Positions 38,297-47,046 of a stretch of 64,000 nt of DNA are shown here, piece by piece (positions within the stretch are counted from its first letter, which is position 1; the number at the start of each line of letters is the position of its first letter). The position numbers and the translations under genes are program-made. Below the pieces are notes generated by a model, which did not search any database, was not told the DNA's origin, and saw nothing but the letters and a program-made list of their open reading frames with translations. Source of the stretch: Candidatus Latescibacterota bacterium (GTDB lineage Bacteria > Latescibacterota > UBA2968 > UBA8231); contig CBDAOB010000005.1 in NCBI GenBank assembly GCA_965197905.1, forward strand, positions 1,152,001 to 1,216,000, given 5' to 3'.

Positions 38297-40996
38297 TTAC
38301 CACGAGGCGCACACTCCCAGCTGAGCATGCGTCTGTTGCCGGCTGACATCTCCAATGCGAATCCCCTTGTCGCCATTGTTGATACACGCATAGTTCATCC
38401 GCCCCACCTTGGAATCGGTCAGCTCCACGCTGTTGATCAATAGCTTCTCTTTGATGACGAGTTGGATCACCACCATGTCGAAGAGTGCTTCTACCACGGT
38501 CCGTCGTCTCACACGCATTTCGGTGGTTTGGTGTTTCTGTGCGTATCCTTTGACCACCACCCGTTGTTGGCTGTAATTCTTGCCCCGTGTCTCGGGCAAC
38601 GCCTCGCAGCTCACGATCGCCCAATCCAGGCGGGGAACCTCCTTGACGAAGAAGGGTTCCGCTTTGTATTTGATCACCTGGGGTACGTTCTCAAAAATCT
38701 GTGGGTGGGAACGTAACAAGGTTACAACCGAATTCAGGTTGGCCTTGCCATCCTTGACGAACCTCGGTAAGCGCGGAACGAGAGCATATGCGATGCGCGA
38801 GCTTTCGGCATTCTGCAGCAACGTCTTTATGCAAGGTTCCTGAAGCTTCTGTTTCCAACGCTTGTCCAATGCGGATCGATCGTCGGGAACGACCGTGATC
38901 CCGAGATACTTCTCCAGGTCTTCGAGGGATACCTGGTAGGTCAACGCATCTAGAATCTCATCCTCGATCTCGTCGTCTTCCTCGACCTGCTGCTCCTTCT
39001 CCCTTGCCTGCATCTGTGCCAGGCGTTGGCGTTTCCGTTGCTCGAGCTCTTCCTTGGCCTTTGCCATGCGTTCCTTGGCGGAAAGCTCTTTGCCTTCACG
39101 GGCAGCGGCGGGTTTGACGCCGCGTTTCTTTTCTTCCTTCTCAGCTTCCTTCGCCAACACACCTTTTTTGCCGCGCTTCTTTTTCTCCTTGCCCTCCACC
39201 GGTGTGAATCCCGGTGTTTCCCCAACCTCGTGTCCTTGGGTCGGGGTGAATCCGGGTGTTTCTTCGACCTCGTGTCCCTTGGTCGGTGTGAAACCGGCCG
39301 TTTCCTCGACTTCGTGTCCCTTGGTCGGTGTGAATCCAGGTGTTTCCTCTACCTCGTGCCCTTCGGTGGGTGTGAACCCGGCCGTTTCCTCGACTTCGTG
39401 TCCCTTGGTCGGTGTGAATCCGGGTGTTTCTTCTACCTCGTGCCCTTGAGTCGGTGTGAATCCGGCAGTTTCCTCGGCCTCGTGCCCTTCGGTGGGTGTA
39501 AACCCGGGCGTTTCTTCTACCTCGTGCCCCTTCGTGGGTGTGAATCCGGCTGTCTCTTCGACTTCGTGCCCTTCAGCGGGTGTGAACCCGGGTGTTTCCT
39601 CAACCTCGTGCCCTTCAGTGAGTGTGAATCCCGGTGTTTCTTCTACCTTGTGCCCTTCAGTGGGTGTGAACCCGGGTGTTTCGTCAACCTCGTGCCCTTC
39701 AGTGGGTGTGAACCCGGGTGTTTCGTCAACCTCGTGCCCTTCAGTGGGTGTGAATCCGGCAGTTTCTTCGACTTCGTGCCCTTCGGTGGGTGTGAATCCA
39801 GGCGTTTCGTCAACCTCGTGCCCTTCGGTGGGTGTGAACCCGGGTGTTTCGTCAACCTCGTGCCCTTCAGTGGGTGTGAACCCGGGTGTTTTGTCAACCT
39901 CGTGGCCTTCGGTGGGTGTGAACCCGGGTGTTTCGTCAACCTCGTGCCCTTCGGTGGGTGTGAACCCGGGTGTTTCGTCAACCTCGTGCCCTTCAGTGGG
40001 TGTGAACCCGGGTGTTTCCTCAACCTCGTCCCCTTCAGTGGGTGTGAATCCGGGAGTCTCCTCAACCTCGTGCCCTTCGGTAGGTGTGAATCCTGGTGTT
40101 TCCTCGGTGTCATGGCCCTGGGTCGGATCGAATCCTGGAGTTCCCTCTTCCCCATCCAGGTCGAAGTCTTCGCTCTCGGGGGAACCCCCTGCCGTCTCTC
40201 CTTCATCCGCCGCCTCGCCCGGCTTGCCATGACCAGAGTAGATATCCTGATTGAACAGAACCCCAGCCTCTTCATCTTCCTCCGCCACCTCCGCCGCATC
40301 TTCATCCGTATCGACTGCCGCTCCGTTGCCGTCGGCGGCAGGTATGTTACCGTTCGCACCTTTTCCAGATTTTCTCTTTTTCGAGCCCTTCTCTTGCTCA
40401 CTCCCGGCAGCCTCGTCCCCATCGTCGTCGCCGAAGAGCCCCTCCTCCGCGTCACCTAACTCGCCTCGGTCCACGTCCTCGGGGTATTCGGCCTCCTCGT
40501 CATTCTCCATATCCTCCGAATCGGAATCGAAGAGTCCGTCGCCGGCCTCATGGTCTTCCTCCTCTTCTTCGTCCTCTTCCACCTCATCGTCATCGTGGAG
40601 GATATCCCGGTCTTCGTCGCCAAAAAACTCTTCGGCGTCCTCTGCGGACAATTCGACATCCTCGAACAGCCCACCCATGTCGCCACCGTCGCCATTGCCA
40701 CCTGCGGCGTCTGCCAAATCGGCCATACTATCCCCGAAGCCCGGTTCGGAAGCGGTGCTTTCCCGATCCACCTCGTGGCCATTTGCTTCCAGCAGACTGG
40801 CGATTTCCTCCGCAAGATCGGGTGCGACTCGGGGTCGCGCGACGATGAGTGATTCGACGGCTTTGTCGTCCGGGCTTTGCGAGTTTTCGTGCAGGGACTC
40901 CACCAACTGGCGAGCATAAACCTCGATGAGGAAGTTCTTTTCTTCCTCTCGAATTCGATTCTCGATCTGCGCGATCTTCTTCGTATTCTTGCTCAC
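38297..40996 (-). CDS. Large hypothetical protein: acidic low-complexity region, 14-aa tandem repeats, Lys-rich coil, globular C-terminal domain
   Basis: Open frame of about 900 aa; probable start GTG 40996 just after the upstream gene; no signal peptide or TM seen. Confidence 0.85.
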   Translation of the reverse strand: MSKNTKKIAQIENRIREEEKNFLIEVYARQLVESLHENSQSPDDKAVESLIVARPRVAPDLAEEIASLLEANGHEVDRESTASEPGFGDSMADLADAAGGNGDGGDMGGLFEDVELSAEDAEEFFGDEDRDILHDDDEVEEDEEEEEDHEAGDGLFDSDSEDMENDEEAEYPEDVDRGELGDAEEGLFGDDDGDEAAGSEQEKGSKKRKSGKGANGNIPAADGNGAAVDTDEDAAEVAEEDEEAGVLFNQDIYSGHGKPGEAADEGETAGGSPESEDFDLDGEEGTPGFDPTQGHDTEETPGFTPTEGHEVEETPGFTPTEGDEVEETPGFTPTEGHEVDETPGFTPTEGHEVDETPGFTPTEGHEVDKTPGFTPTEGHEVDETPGFTPTEGHEVDETPGFTPTEGHEVEETAGFTPTEGHEVDETPGFTPTEGHEVDETPGFTPTEGHKVEETPGFTLTEGHEVEETPGFTPAEGHEVEETAGFTPTKGHEVEETPGFTPTEGHEAEETAGFTPTQGHEVEETPGFTPTKGHEVEETAGFTPTEGHEVEETPGFTPTKGHEVEETAGFTPTKGHEVEETPGFTPTQGHEVGETPGFTPVEGKEKKKRGKKGVLAKEAEKEEKKRGVKPAAAREGKELSAKERMAKAKEELEQRKRQRLAQMQAREKEQQVEEDDEIEDEILDALTYQVSLEDLEKYLGITVVPDDRSALDKRWKQKLQEPCIKTLLQNAESSRIAYALVPRLPRFVKDGKANLNSVVTLLRSHPQIFENVPQVIKYKAEPFFVKEVPRLDWAIVSCEALPETRGKNYSQQRVVVKGYAQKHQTTEMRVRRRTVVEALFDMVVIQLVIKEKLLINSVELTDSKVGRMNYACINNGDKGIRIGDVSRQQTHAQLGVCASW
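39191..40141 (-). repeat. Coding tandem repeat, 42-bp unit x about 22.6 (T[P/A]GFTPT[E/K/Q]GHEV[E/D]E)
   Basis: 22 full units plus 9 codons counted from the translation; no spacers. Confidence 0.97.
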
Positions 40997-41019
40997 CGTG
41001 TCGGTTCCAAGGTGTAGGT

Positions 41020-42150
41020 TCAGGTAAGCGAAAGGGTGGGATGAACCCCAGGCCACAGGCGCCGTTTAGCGCTCCAATGTGGGATTCCGGCCTTTCCGTG
41101 TATGGTGATCTTTCGCCCTCGCTGCACCGTGTAGACCAGACGCCCGGCCCCGTTTCTGCGGCCCCCGTAGCTGTTCGAGGTCAGACAATTGCAGTTTCGG
41201 GCGAAGATGTTCTCCTCGAGCGCTTCGCCACAAATGACGCGGTCGTAGATATCCTCTGCAACCGACTTCTGGCGCGCATTCTCGATCTCGACACCCAAAT
41301 CCTTGGCGAAGTTCCGCAATTTGCTTTCAGGCTTTCGCAGGGTGCAGTTTATGTACTCGGTCTCACAGAGAACCCAATGAGGTCTGCCGATCGGTTCCGA
41401 ATAGAAATCCTTATTCTCAAACCAGTTCGGTTTTTTGCGCCGTTTGTAGAAGTAGGTGGGGAAAAGCTCGCGAATATTGGCGATATTGCAGGGAATCGGG
41501 TTGTCATCTGCATCCCCGATAAAGGGATTGCGAAAAATCAACACCGAGGTCGCGAACAACTTCTGCAGGGCCGGAATGTCATTGGTTTCCGCGGCCTCGA
41601 TGGTGCCTGGTAGAAGGAGCAGCCGCTCAACCAGCGAATCCAACTCCTCCCGGAACTTAGCCACGTCGTCCTCGTCGAAATTGTACCCTAGGATGCTTTC
41701 GTGTTGTTCCAAAGAAATGAATCGATCCATAAACAGCCACCTTGCACGCTCGCCCGGGGAGATCGCTTGCAGCTCCGGTTCAGGCCCCGCGGGTGTGGAT
41801 TGCCGCCTCGCTCGCTTCTTCCGTTTGACCCGTGCCGCAGGAGCGTCTTCGAGCTCTTCCGCCAGTCCGGCTTCAACGGACAGCTCGGCATCAGTGCCGA
41901 GTGCGGCTTCCGCGGCCAACGACCCAATGCCCGAATTGGAGAGATCTCCATCGTCTGCATGTCCATTCGAGTTTCCATGCTTCAGATCAAACAGCTGATC
42001 CACATACGGCTTGGAATGCTGAGCTAGGGCGAAGGCGAGATCTCGATCTTCCAATCGCGGCATTTGGCCGTTTTCGAGATCTAGAATGGCCTGTGAGAGA
42101 GAGGTGGGATCCATCGAAACCCTATCGGTCAATAGTGAGGCTACCGACAT
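41020..42150 (-). CDS. Hypothetical protein whose C-terminal domain is paralogous to that of 38297-40996
   Basis: 376-aa ORF with colinear motif similarity to its neighbour (see findings). Confidence 0.8.
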   Translation of the reverse strand: MSVASLLTDRVSMDPTSLSQAILDLENGQMPRLEDRDLAFALAQHSKPYVDQLFDLKHGNSNGHADDGDLSNSGIGSLAAEAALGTDAELSVEAGLAEELEDAPAARVKRKKRARRQSTPAGPEPELQAISPGERARWLFMDRFISLEQHESILGYNFDEDDVAKFREELDSLVERLLLLPGTIEAAETNDIPALQKLFATSVLIFRNPFIGDADDNPIPCNIANIRELFPTYFYKRRKKPNWFENKDFYSEPIGRPHWVLCETEYINCTLRKPESKLRNFAKDLGVEIENARQKSVAEDIYDRVICGEALEENIFARNCNCLTSNSYGGRRNGAGRLVYTVQRGRKITIHGKAGIPHWSAKRRLWPGVHPTLSLT

Positions 42151-42319
42151 AATAAAGATTGGCTATAGCGTGAAAAACGTTTGTCCGACTACGTCATATT
42201 TATCGGTTTTTGAGGTTGCCAAATGCAGTATGGGAATCAATTTTAAATTATCCATTGAAAATTGTTAAGTCAAGGTATGAATTGAGGTTGGCACTCGTTT
42301 GATTGCTTGAGGGAGCACA

Positions 42320-42463
42320 TTGTTTGGCGAACACTTGAATCGGCCCCGGCGGCCCAAATACGAACCGATCCTACTGCTTCTAATCGCGGTCGCCGTGGCG
42401 GCGTTTACTACCTTCGGTTACATGCTGATCAGAATGTTTTGGGCTGCAGCTCCCGCTCCGTAG
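42320..42463 (+). CDS. Small single-pass membrane protein (47 aa), absent from the ORF track
   Basis: GAGGGAG RBS, TTG start: MFGEHLNRPRRPKYEPILLLLIAVAVAAFTTFGYMLIRMFWAAAPAP*. Confidence 0.55.
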   Translation: MFGEHLNRPRRPKYEPILLLLIAVAVAAFTTFGYMLIRMFWAAAPAP

Positions 42464-42588
42464 TGGATCTTAGGTTGCGGAGCTGATTCTCTTGACAGGG
42501 TTTCGGCGCGCCCTCTTTCTTTGCTGAGGCGCCGGAAAGCGGGTCAATTCGCTGCGCACAACTTGAGATTCCAAGGAGGTTGATCCCC

Positions 42589-43269
42589 ATGTTTCGGTCG
42601 TTAAGGCGTATCGTCCTCGCCGTTGGCATGGTCGTCTGTTTTACCTTCGCCGTCGTTCTTGCCGCCAAGGCAAGAGATCGAGACGGCAGCGTCGTCGTGA
42701 AATCCAGCGTCGAGAATTTTCGCGATGCCCCGAATGGGAAGCGTCTCGGCACCCTCCTCGAGAACGTAGAGATCGAGCGAATCAGTCAGGAAGGTAAGTG
42801 GGTGCGTTTCCGGGTCGAAGGGTGGATCTGGGGGCCGTCGCTCGAGGGTTGGAAGATGGAAACCGAAACGGCAGAGACCGACGATCCACCTCCGAGGATG
42901 CCGTTACAAGATAATCTCCCACGACTGAAACGTTTCGTGAACGACAAGCATGGCCTCTTTTACGGCGTCAGTATGGATGAAGATCTGGATCGGCTGGTGG
43001 TCAGGTTTCGGGTTCGCGATCTCGAGCGGGAGGCTCTCGAACGCCGGCAGATGGCCGTGCAGGCAGGCGTGCTCGACATTCTGGACGGTAAGATCGAATT
43101 CACCACCATCCGCATAGAGACCAACCGGCCGGACGGGTCGGGTGAGGTCGGGGCGGAGATCGCCGAGACCTCCGTTTCCCATGTTCGCCAGCTTGCCGAC
43201 GGAACGGCTGAGAGTTGGAAGGTACATACGCGAATCTCCTCCGATGGAGGCGAGACCTGGAATGAATGA
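42589..43269 (+). CDS. Secreted hypothetical protein with an SH3-like N-terminal domain
   Basis: AAGGAGG RBS, signal peptide, ENFRDAPNGKRLGTL...GKWVRFRVEGWIW (bacterial SH3-like). Confidence 0.7.
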   Translation: MFRSLRRIVLAVGMVVCFTFAVVLAAKARDRDGSVVVKSSVENFRDAPNGKRLGTLLENVEIERISQEGKWVRFRVEGWIWGPSLEGWKMETETAETDDPPPRMPLQDNLPRLKRFVNDKHGLFYGVSMDEDLDRLVVRFRVRDLEREALERRQMAVQAGVLDILDGKIEFTTIRIETNRPDGSGEVGAEIAETSVSHVRQLADGTAESWKVHTRISSDGGETWNE

Positions 43270-43286
43270 ATCGGCAATGATCGGCG

Positions 43287-44525
43287 GTGGAGGACCTGGT
43301 CGGTGCGGTCAATAAGGAACGGATTCGACTGCTGGACCTTTTAGCGTTGAAATCGCAACTCGACCAAATGATGCAGGTCGAGTCGTGGCGCGCCGGCGAC
43401 TTCCGTCACAAGATGCGAATCGCTCTCAAGGAGCAAGATCGCTGGTCCTCCGGCTGGAAGCTGCTTGCGGACAAGATCACCCTCAGTCGTACCTCTTGGC
43501 TGCTTCCAGGTCTCCGCGAATCGATGGCGGCGGCGCATCCCCTCCCCGCGCTGCCGCCCAGTTTTACCATCGCCGCCACCGACGGATCGCAGATATTCCC
43601 CGATCGGCACGAAATATCCTCCTGTTTCCTCATAAATATCGGGTACGTCCTGCTGCACTACGGGCGTGGCGAGAGGCCCCTACTGAACAGCAAACCGATG
43701 TTGTTCTACAGAGAGGAGGATCTGTATCAGAATTGGGGTGGTCGCAAGGTCCTGGCCAACAGGGAGACGGTGGCTTTCAAACGGGGAATGTTGGAGCTTA
43801 CCGAGCTTGCCGATCTCGCCCTGGCTGCCGTCGACGAAGGGTATTTTCCGGTGGCGGCTGCAGACGGCACCCTGATTCTCTGGAATCTGGAGGGAAAACC
43901 AAAGGATGTTCGCGCCGCGGCGCTGAAATCCCTTGCCAATTCCTGGGATCGACTTCGCCACAATCGGGTTCCGATCGCCGGATATATCAGTGAATCTGGT
44001 AGTCAAGAGTTAATAAACGCCCTTCGCGTCGGACTTTGTCCTCTGGACGCGCCTGACTGCGATCGTTGTCCGTGGCAGGAGGGTGGTGATCTGCGAATAG
44101 AGGGGGAGGGGATCCCCTGCGCCACCATAGATGGGTTACGCGACGCCGCCCTGCTGCGTCGACTGCTCGAACCTGGCCAGAGGACGGGAGTTTTTGTGAG
44201 CTCCTCAAAGATTCTGGCCGAGTATGGCGAGCACCGGGTCTGCTTCTTCTATCTTCACGTGGGAACCGAAGTGGCGCGGGTGGAGATACCTTTATGGGTG
44301 GCAGAAGATGCCCAGATGCTGGATCAGGTACACGCTATTCTCTTCGATCAGGCACAGAAGGGTCAGGGGTATCCCGTGGTGTTGGCGGAAGCTCACGAAC
44401 GGGCTGTGGTTCGAGGGGGTGATCGCGAGGCCTTCTATGGTTTCCTGCGCCAGCATTTGGTCAAACACGACATTGGCGCAGCGATCTCCAGCAAGAACCT
44501 GCGCAAGCGTGTGGCGAGAGTCTGA
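43287..44525 (+). CDS. nurA: NurA-domain 5'-3' nuclease
   Basis: ATDGSQI.P, ADGTL, EVARVEIP.W, GQGYPVVLAEAHERAVV; exact start uncertain. Confidence 0.88.
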   Translation: MEDLVGAVNKERIRLLDLLALKSQLDQMMQVESWRAGDFRHKMRIALKEQDRWSSGWKLLADKITLSRTSWLLPGLRESMAAAHPLPALPPSFTIAATDGSQIFPDRHEISSCFLINIGYVLLHYGRGERPLLNSKPMLFYREEDLYQNWGGRKVLANRETVAFKRGMLELTELADLALAAVDEGYFPVAAADGTLILWNLEGKPKDVRAAALKSLANSWDRLRHNRVPIAGYISESGSQELINALRVGLCPLDAPDCDRCPWQEGGDLRIEGEGIPCATIDGLRDAALLRRLLEPGQRTGVFVSSSKILAEYGEHRVCFFYLHVGTEVARVEIPLWVAEDAQMLDQVHAILFDQAQKGQGYPVVLAEAHERAVVRGGDREAFYGFLRQHLVKHDIGAAISSKNLRKRVARV

Positions 44526-44551
44526 TTCAACCGCAACAAGGATGGAAAGGG

Positions 44552-45211
44552 ATGATCAAACCTAATTCGCCACGGCCGCTGGACCGGTTCAAACACAGCG
44601 CCGATTTGTCTGTGGGGCCAACCCCATCCCGCCACGGAGAGCTGGGTGAGGTCATAGAGAGTTCGACAACCGAGCTCGTGGCGGAAGCGCGAACCCTCCA
44701 CGGAGCGCCCCCGTTCGGCTCGTTCGTGACCATCGCTTCCGAGTATAACGTTGTCGGCATTGTTTCCGGTGCGACAACGAAATCCGCCGAACCTAATCGG
44801 CGGCCTGTTGCGTTCGGCAAAACAGAGCAGGAGCTGCGGCTTGAGCAGCCGCAGATCTTCGAGCTGCTTCGCACCGAGTTCAGCGTGCTTCTAGTCGGTC
44901 ATCTGGTGGACGGGGAACCGGTCCGCTACCTGCCGCCCCAGCCGGCGCGCATTCACAGCTTCGTACATGGCTGCAACGATAGGATTGTTCAGGACTTCAC
45001 CCGAACCGACGACTACCTGCGCTGTATCCTCGGTTCTGGCCATCTGCCGGCAGACCAGCTCATCCCGGCAGCCTTGCGAACCGCACACAAAGCTAACGGC
45101 TCTTCTCCCGAATACCTGGTACGGGCAGGAAAGGAGCTGGCACGCCTACTGCACGACGATTACGATCGTCTCGGGGCCATTCTCCGGCGCGTCGGGGAAG
45201 AGTTGCCTTGA
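44552..45211 (+). CDS. Stand-alone HAS-barrel domain protein
   Basis: GEVIESST, PPFGSFV, PQIFELLRTEF, YLPPQPARIH, LARLLHDDY; lies between nurA and herA. Confidence 0.75.
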   Translation: MIKPNSPRPLDRFKHSADLSVGPTPSRHGELGEVIESSTTELVAEARTLHGAPPFGSFVTIASEYNVVGIVSGATTKSAEPNRRPVAFGKTEQELRLEQPQIFELLRTEFSVLLVGHLVDGEPVRYLPPQPARIHSFVHGCNDRIVQDFTRTDDYLRCILGSGHLPADQLIPAALRTAHKANGSSPEYLVRAGKELARLLHDDYDRLGAILRRVGEELP

Positions 45212-46881
45212 ACAACGGAGCCAAAAAAACGTCCGACCGTCGCCTCGGGGTATTGACCCGGGGTTCGCTGGTGGAGGGGGTCGAAATGAAACTCGATCCG
45301 GTGCGCAACGTGGAAGACCTCAAGGCGGGTAAATTCGTGGTCATCGACGGCGACAAGCATGAGTTCTTCAGCATGGTTACGGATATGCGTATCGAGGCCG
45401 CCAGCGAGGAGGTGTTGCTGCATCCCCCTTCGCGCGAGGATCGCCTCATGCGTCAGGTCCTCAGCGGTACCAGCACCTACAACATAGTGTCTCTGCGGCC
45501 GATGCTGATGATGCCGAAATCTGGAACCGGATTCCTTGAGGAGCCTAGGCCCGTCAAAGCGATTCCGAGCCACTTCTCCAACGTGCTGGAGGCTCACGAG
45601 GAGGACGTGGCCCGCATCTTCGGCCGCGAAGGGGATGGTGAGCAGCGCCATTTCAGTCTGGGAAGCCCTCTAGATATGGATACCCCCGTATGTATCGACA
45701 TGGTTCGGTTCGCGGAGCGGAGCAACGGGATCTTCGGCAAGACCGGGACTGGCAAGTCGTTTTTGACGCGGCTGGCATTGTGCGGGTTGATCCACTACGA
45801 GCGCGCCGTCAATCTGATCTTCGATATGCACAATGAGTACGGATTCAAAGCGATGAAGGAGACCGCGGGGTCCAATGCCACCTTCGTGAAGGGGTTGAAG
45901 CAGCTATTCGGTCAACGCGTCGCTATCTTTTCGCTCGACCCCGAATCGACTCGAGCCCGAGGGGTGCAGCCCGATTTCGAGGTCTACATCTCTTACGACC
46001 AGATCGCTGTTGAAGACATCGCTCCGCTGCAGGATGAACTAAAGTTAAATCCAACCGCCGTGGAATCGGCGTATCTGGTACATGCACTTTACAAGGACAG
46101 GTGGCTGCGCACACTCTTGAGTCTCGAGGGTCCCGAGGTCGAGGAGTTCGCCAACGAAATCGGTGCTCATCCCGGTTCGCTCGTCGCCCTACATCGCAAG
46201 CTGAAGCGGCTCGAGAGCTTTCCGTTCATGGTATCGAAACTGCGGGATGGCGACGTGGTGGATCGCATCATGGAGTATCTCGATCGGGGCATCAACGTCG
46301 TGCTCGAATTCGGTCAGCAGACCAACATGCTCTGTTACCTCCTCGTCGCGAACATCATTTCGCGTCGAATCCACGAGATGTACGTCAAGAAGAGCGAGCG
46401 CTTCTACGCCACTCAGCGCCCGGAGGATCAACCCAGGCAGTTGATGATAACCATCGAGGAAGCCCACAAGTTCCTCAACAGCTCGGCCGCCAAGCAGACC
46501 ATCTTTGGGGTGATCGCTCGGGAGATGCGCAAGTACTACGTATCCCTGTTGATTGTCGACCAGCGTCCGTCGGGCATCGACGATGAGGTGTTGTCCCAGA
46601 TTGGCACTCGAGTTACCGCATTGTTGAACGATGAGAAGGATATACAAGCGGTGCTTACAGGAGTAAGTGGTACCGATGGATTGCGAAGCGTTCTAGCCAG
46701 TCTCGACTCCAAGCAGCAAGCCCTGGTGATCGGGCACGCGGTCCCAATGCCGGTGGTCATCAAGACGCGGGAGTACGGCCCCGAATTCTATCGCGCGATG
46801 GGTGTGGATGACACCAAATCGGCCGTGGCGAAACGCCGCAAGGTCGCCGACGACACAGTGGCTCTCTATGGCGACACTTAG
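45208..46881 (+). CDS. herA: HerA/FtsK-family ATPase (DUF87)
   Basis: N-terminal HAS-like barrel, Walker A GKTGTGKS, IFDMHNEY, Walker B ITIEEAH, IAREMRKY, DQRPS. Confidence 0.9.
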   Translation: MNNGAKKTSDRRLGVLTRGSLVEGVEMKLDPVRNVEDLKAGKFVVIDGDKHEFFSMVTDMRIEAASEEVLLHPPSREDRLMRQVLSGTSTYNIVSLRPMLMMPKSGTGFLEEPRPVKAIPSHFSNVLEAHEEDVARIFGREGDGEQRHFSLGSPLDMDTPVCIDMVRFAERSNGIFGKTGTGKSFLTRLALCGLIHYERAVNLIFDMHNEYGFKAMKETAGSNATFVKGLKQLFGQRVAIFSLDPESTRARGVQPDFEVYISYDQIAVEDIAPLQDELKLNPTAVESAYLVHALYKDRWLRTLLSLEGPEVEEFANEIGAHPGSLVALHRKLKRLESFPFMVSKLRDGDVVDRIMEYLDRGINVVLEFGQQTNMLCYLLVANIISRRIHEMYVKKSERFYATQRPEDQPRQLMITIEEAHKFLNSSAAKQTIFGVIAREMRKYYVSLLIVDQRPSGIDDEVLSQIGTRVTALLNDEKDIQAVLTGVSGTDGLRSVLASLDSKQQALVIGHAVPMPVVIKTREYGPEFYRAMGVDDTKSAVAKRRKVADDTVALYGDT

Positions 46882-47046
46882 CAGCCCGCGGCAAAAAGCC
46901 ATTCGGGCTGCGGCCGGCTCTTGCGGCCGACCTCTGCGTTGTGCTCGATCGCCGCATCTCTCTGATGCGTCTCACTCGCACGCCGTGATCTCGGCCGCAG
47001 ATCCTCGGCCTCGCTGTTCAAAGCGCCTTTCACCGCGGGCTGCTTC

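Noticed and set aside
39191..40141. CRISPR array
   Set aside because: Contiguous 42-bp units with no unique spacers, in frame within a CDS, and no cas genes in the window
39191..40141. Thr-rich repeat as substrate of the TMTC-like glycosyltransferases
   Set aside because: The repeat protein has no signal peptide or TM, whereas GT-C enzymes act outside the cytoplasm
39026..40919. Long plus-strand and alternate-frame ORFs over the repeat gene
   Set aside because: Shadow frames of a repetitive, low-complexity coding region
38297..42150. Active diversity-generating retroelement
   Set aside because: No reverse transcriptase, and no template/variable repeat pair differing at adenines seen in the window
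42289..42307. Third sigma-54 promoter (TGGCAC...TTGC)
   Set aside because: Spacing is N8 rather than the obligatory N5
42492..42547. Hairpin upstream of the SH3-nurA operon as a regulatory RNA
   Set aside because: Imperfect GC-rich stem overlapping a possible -35 TTGACA; not distinguishable from chance without comparative data
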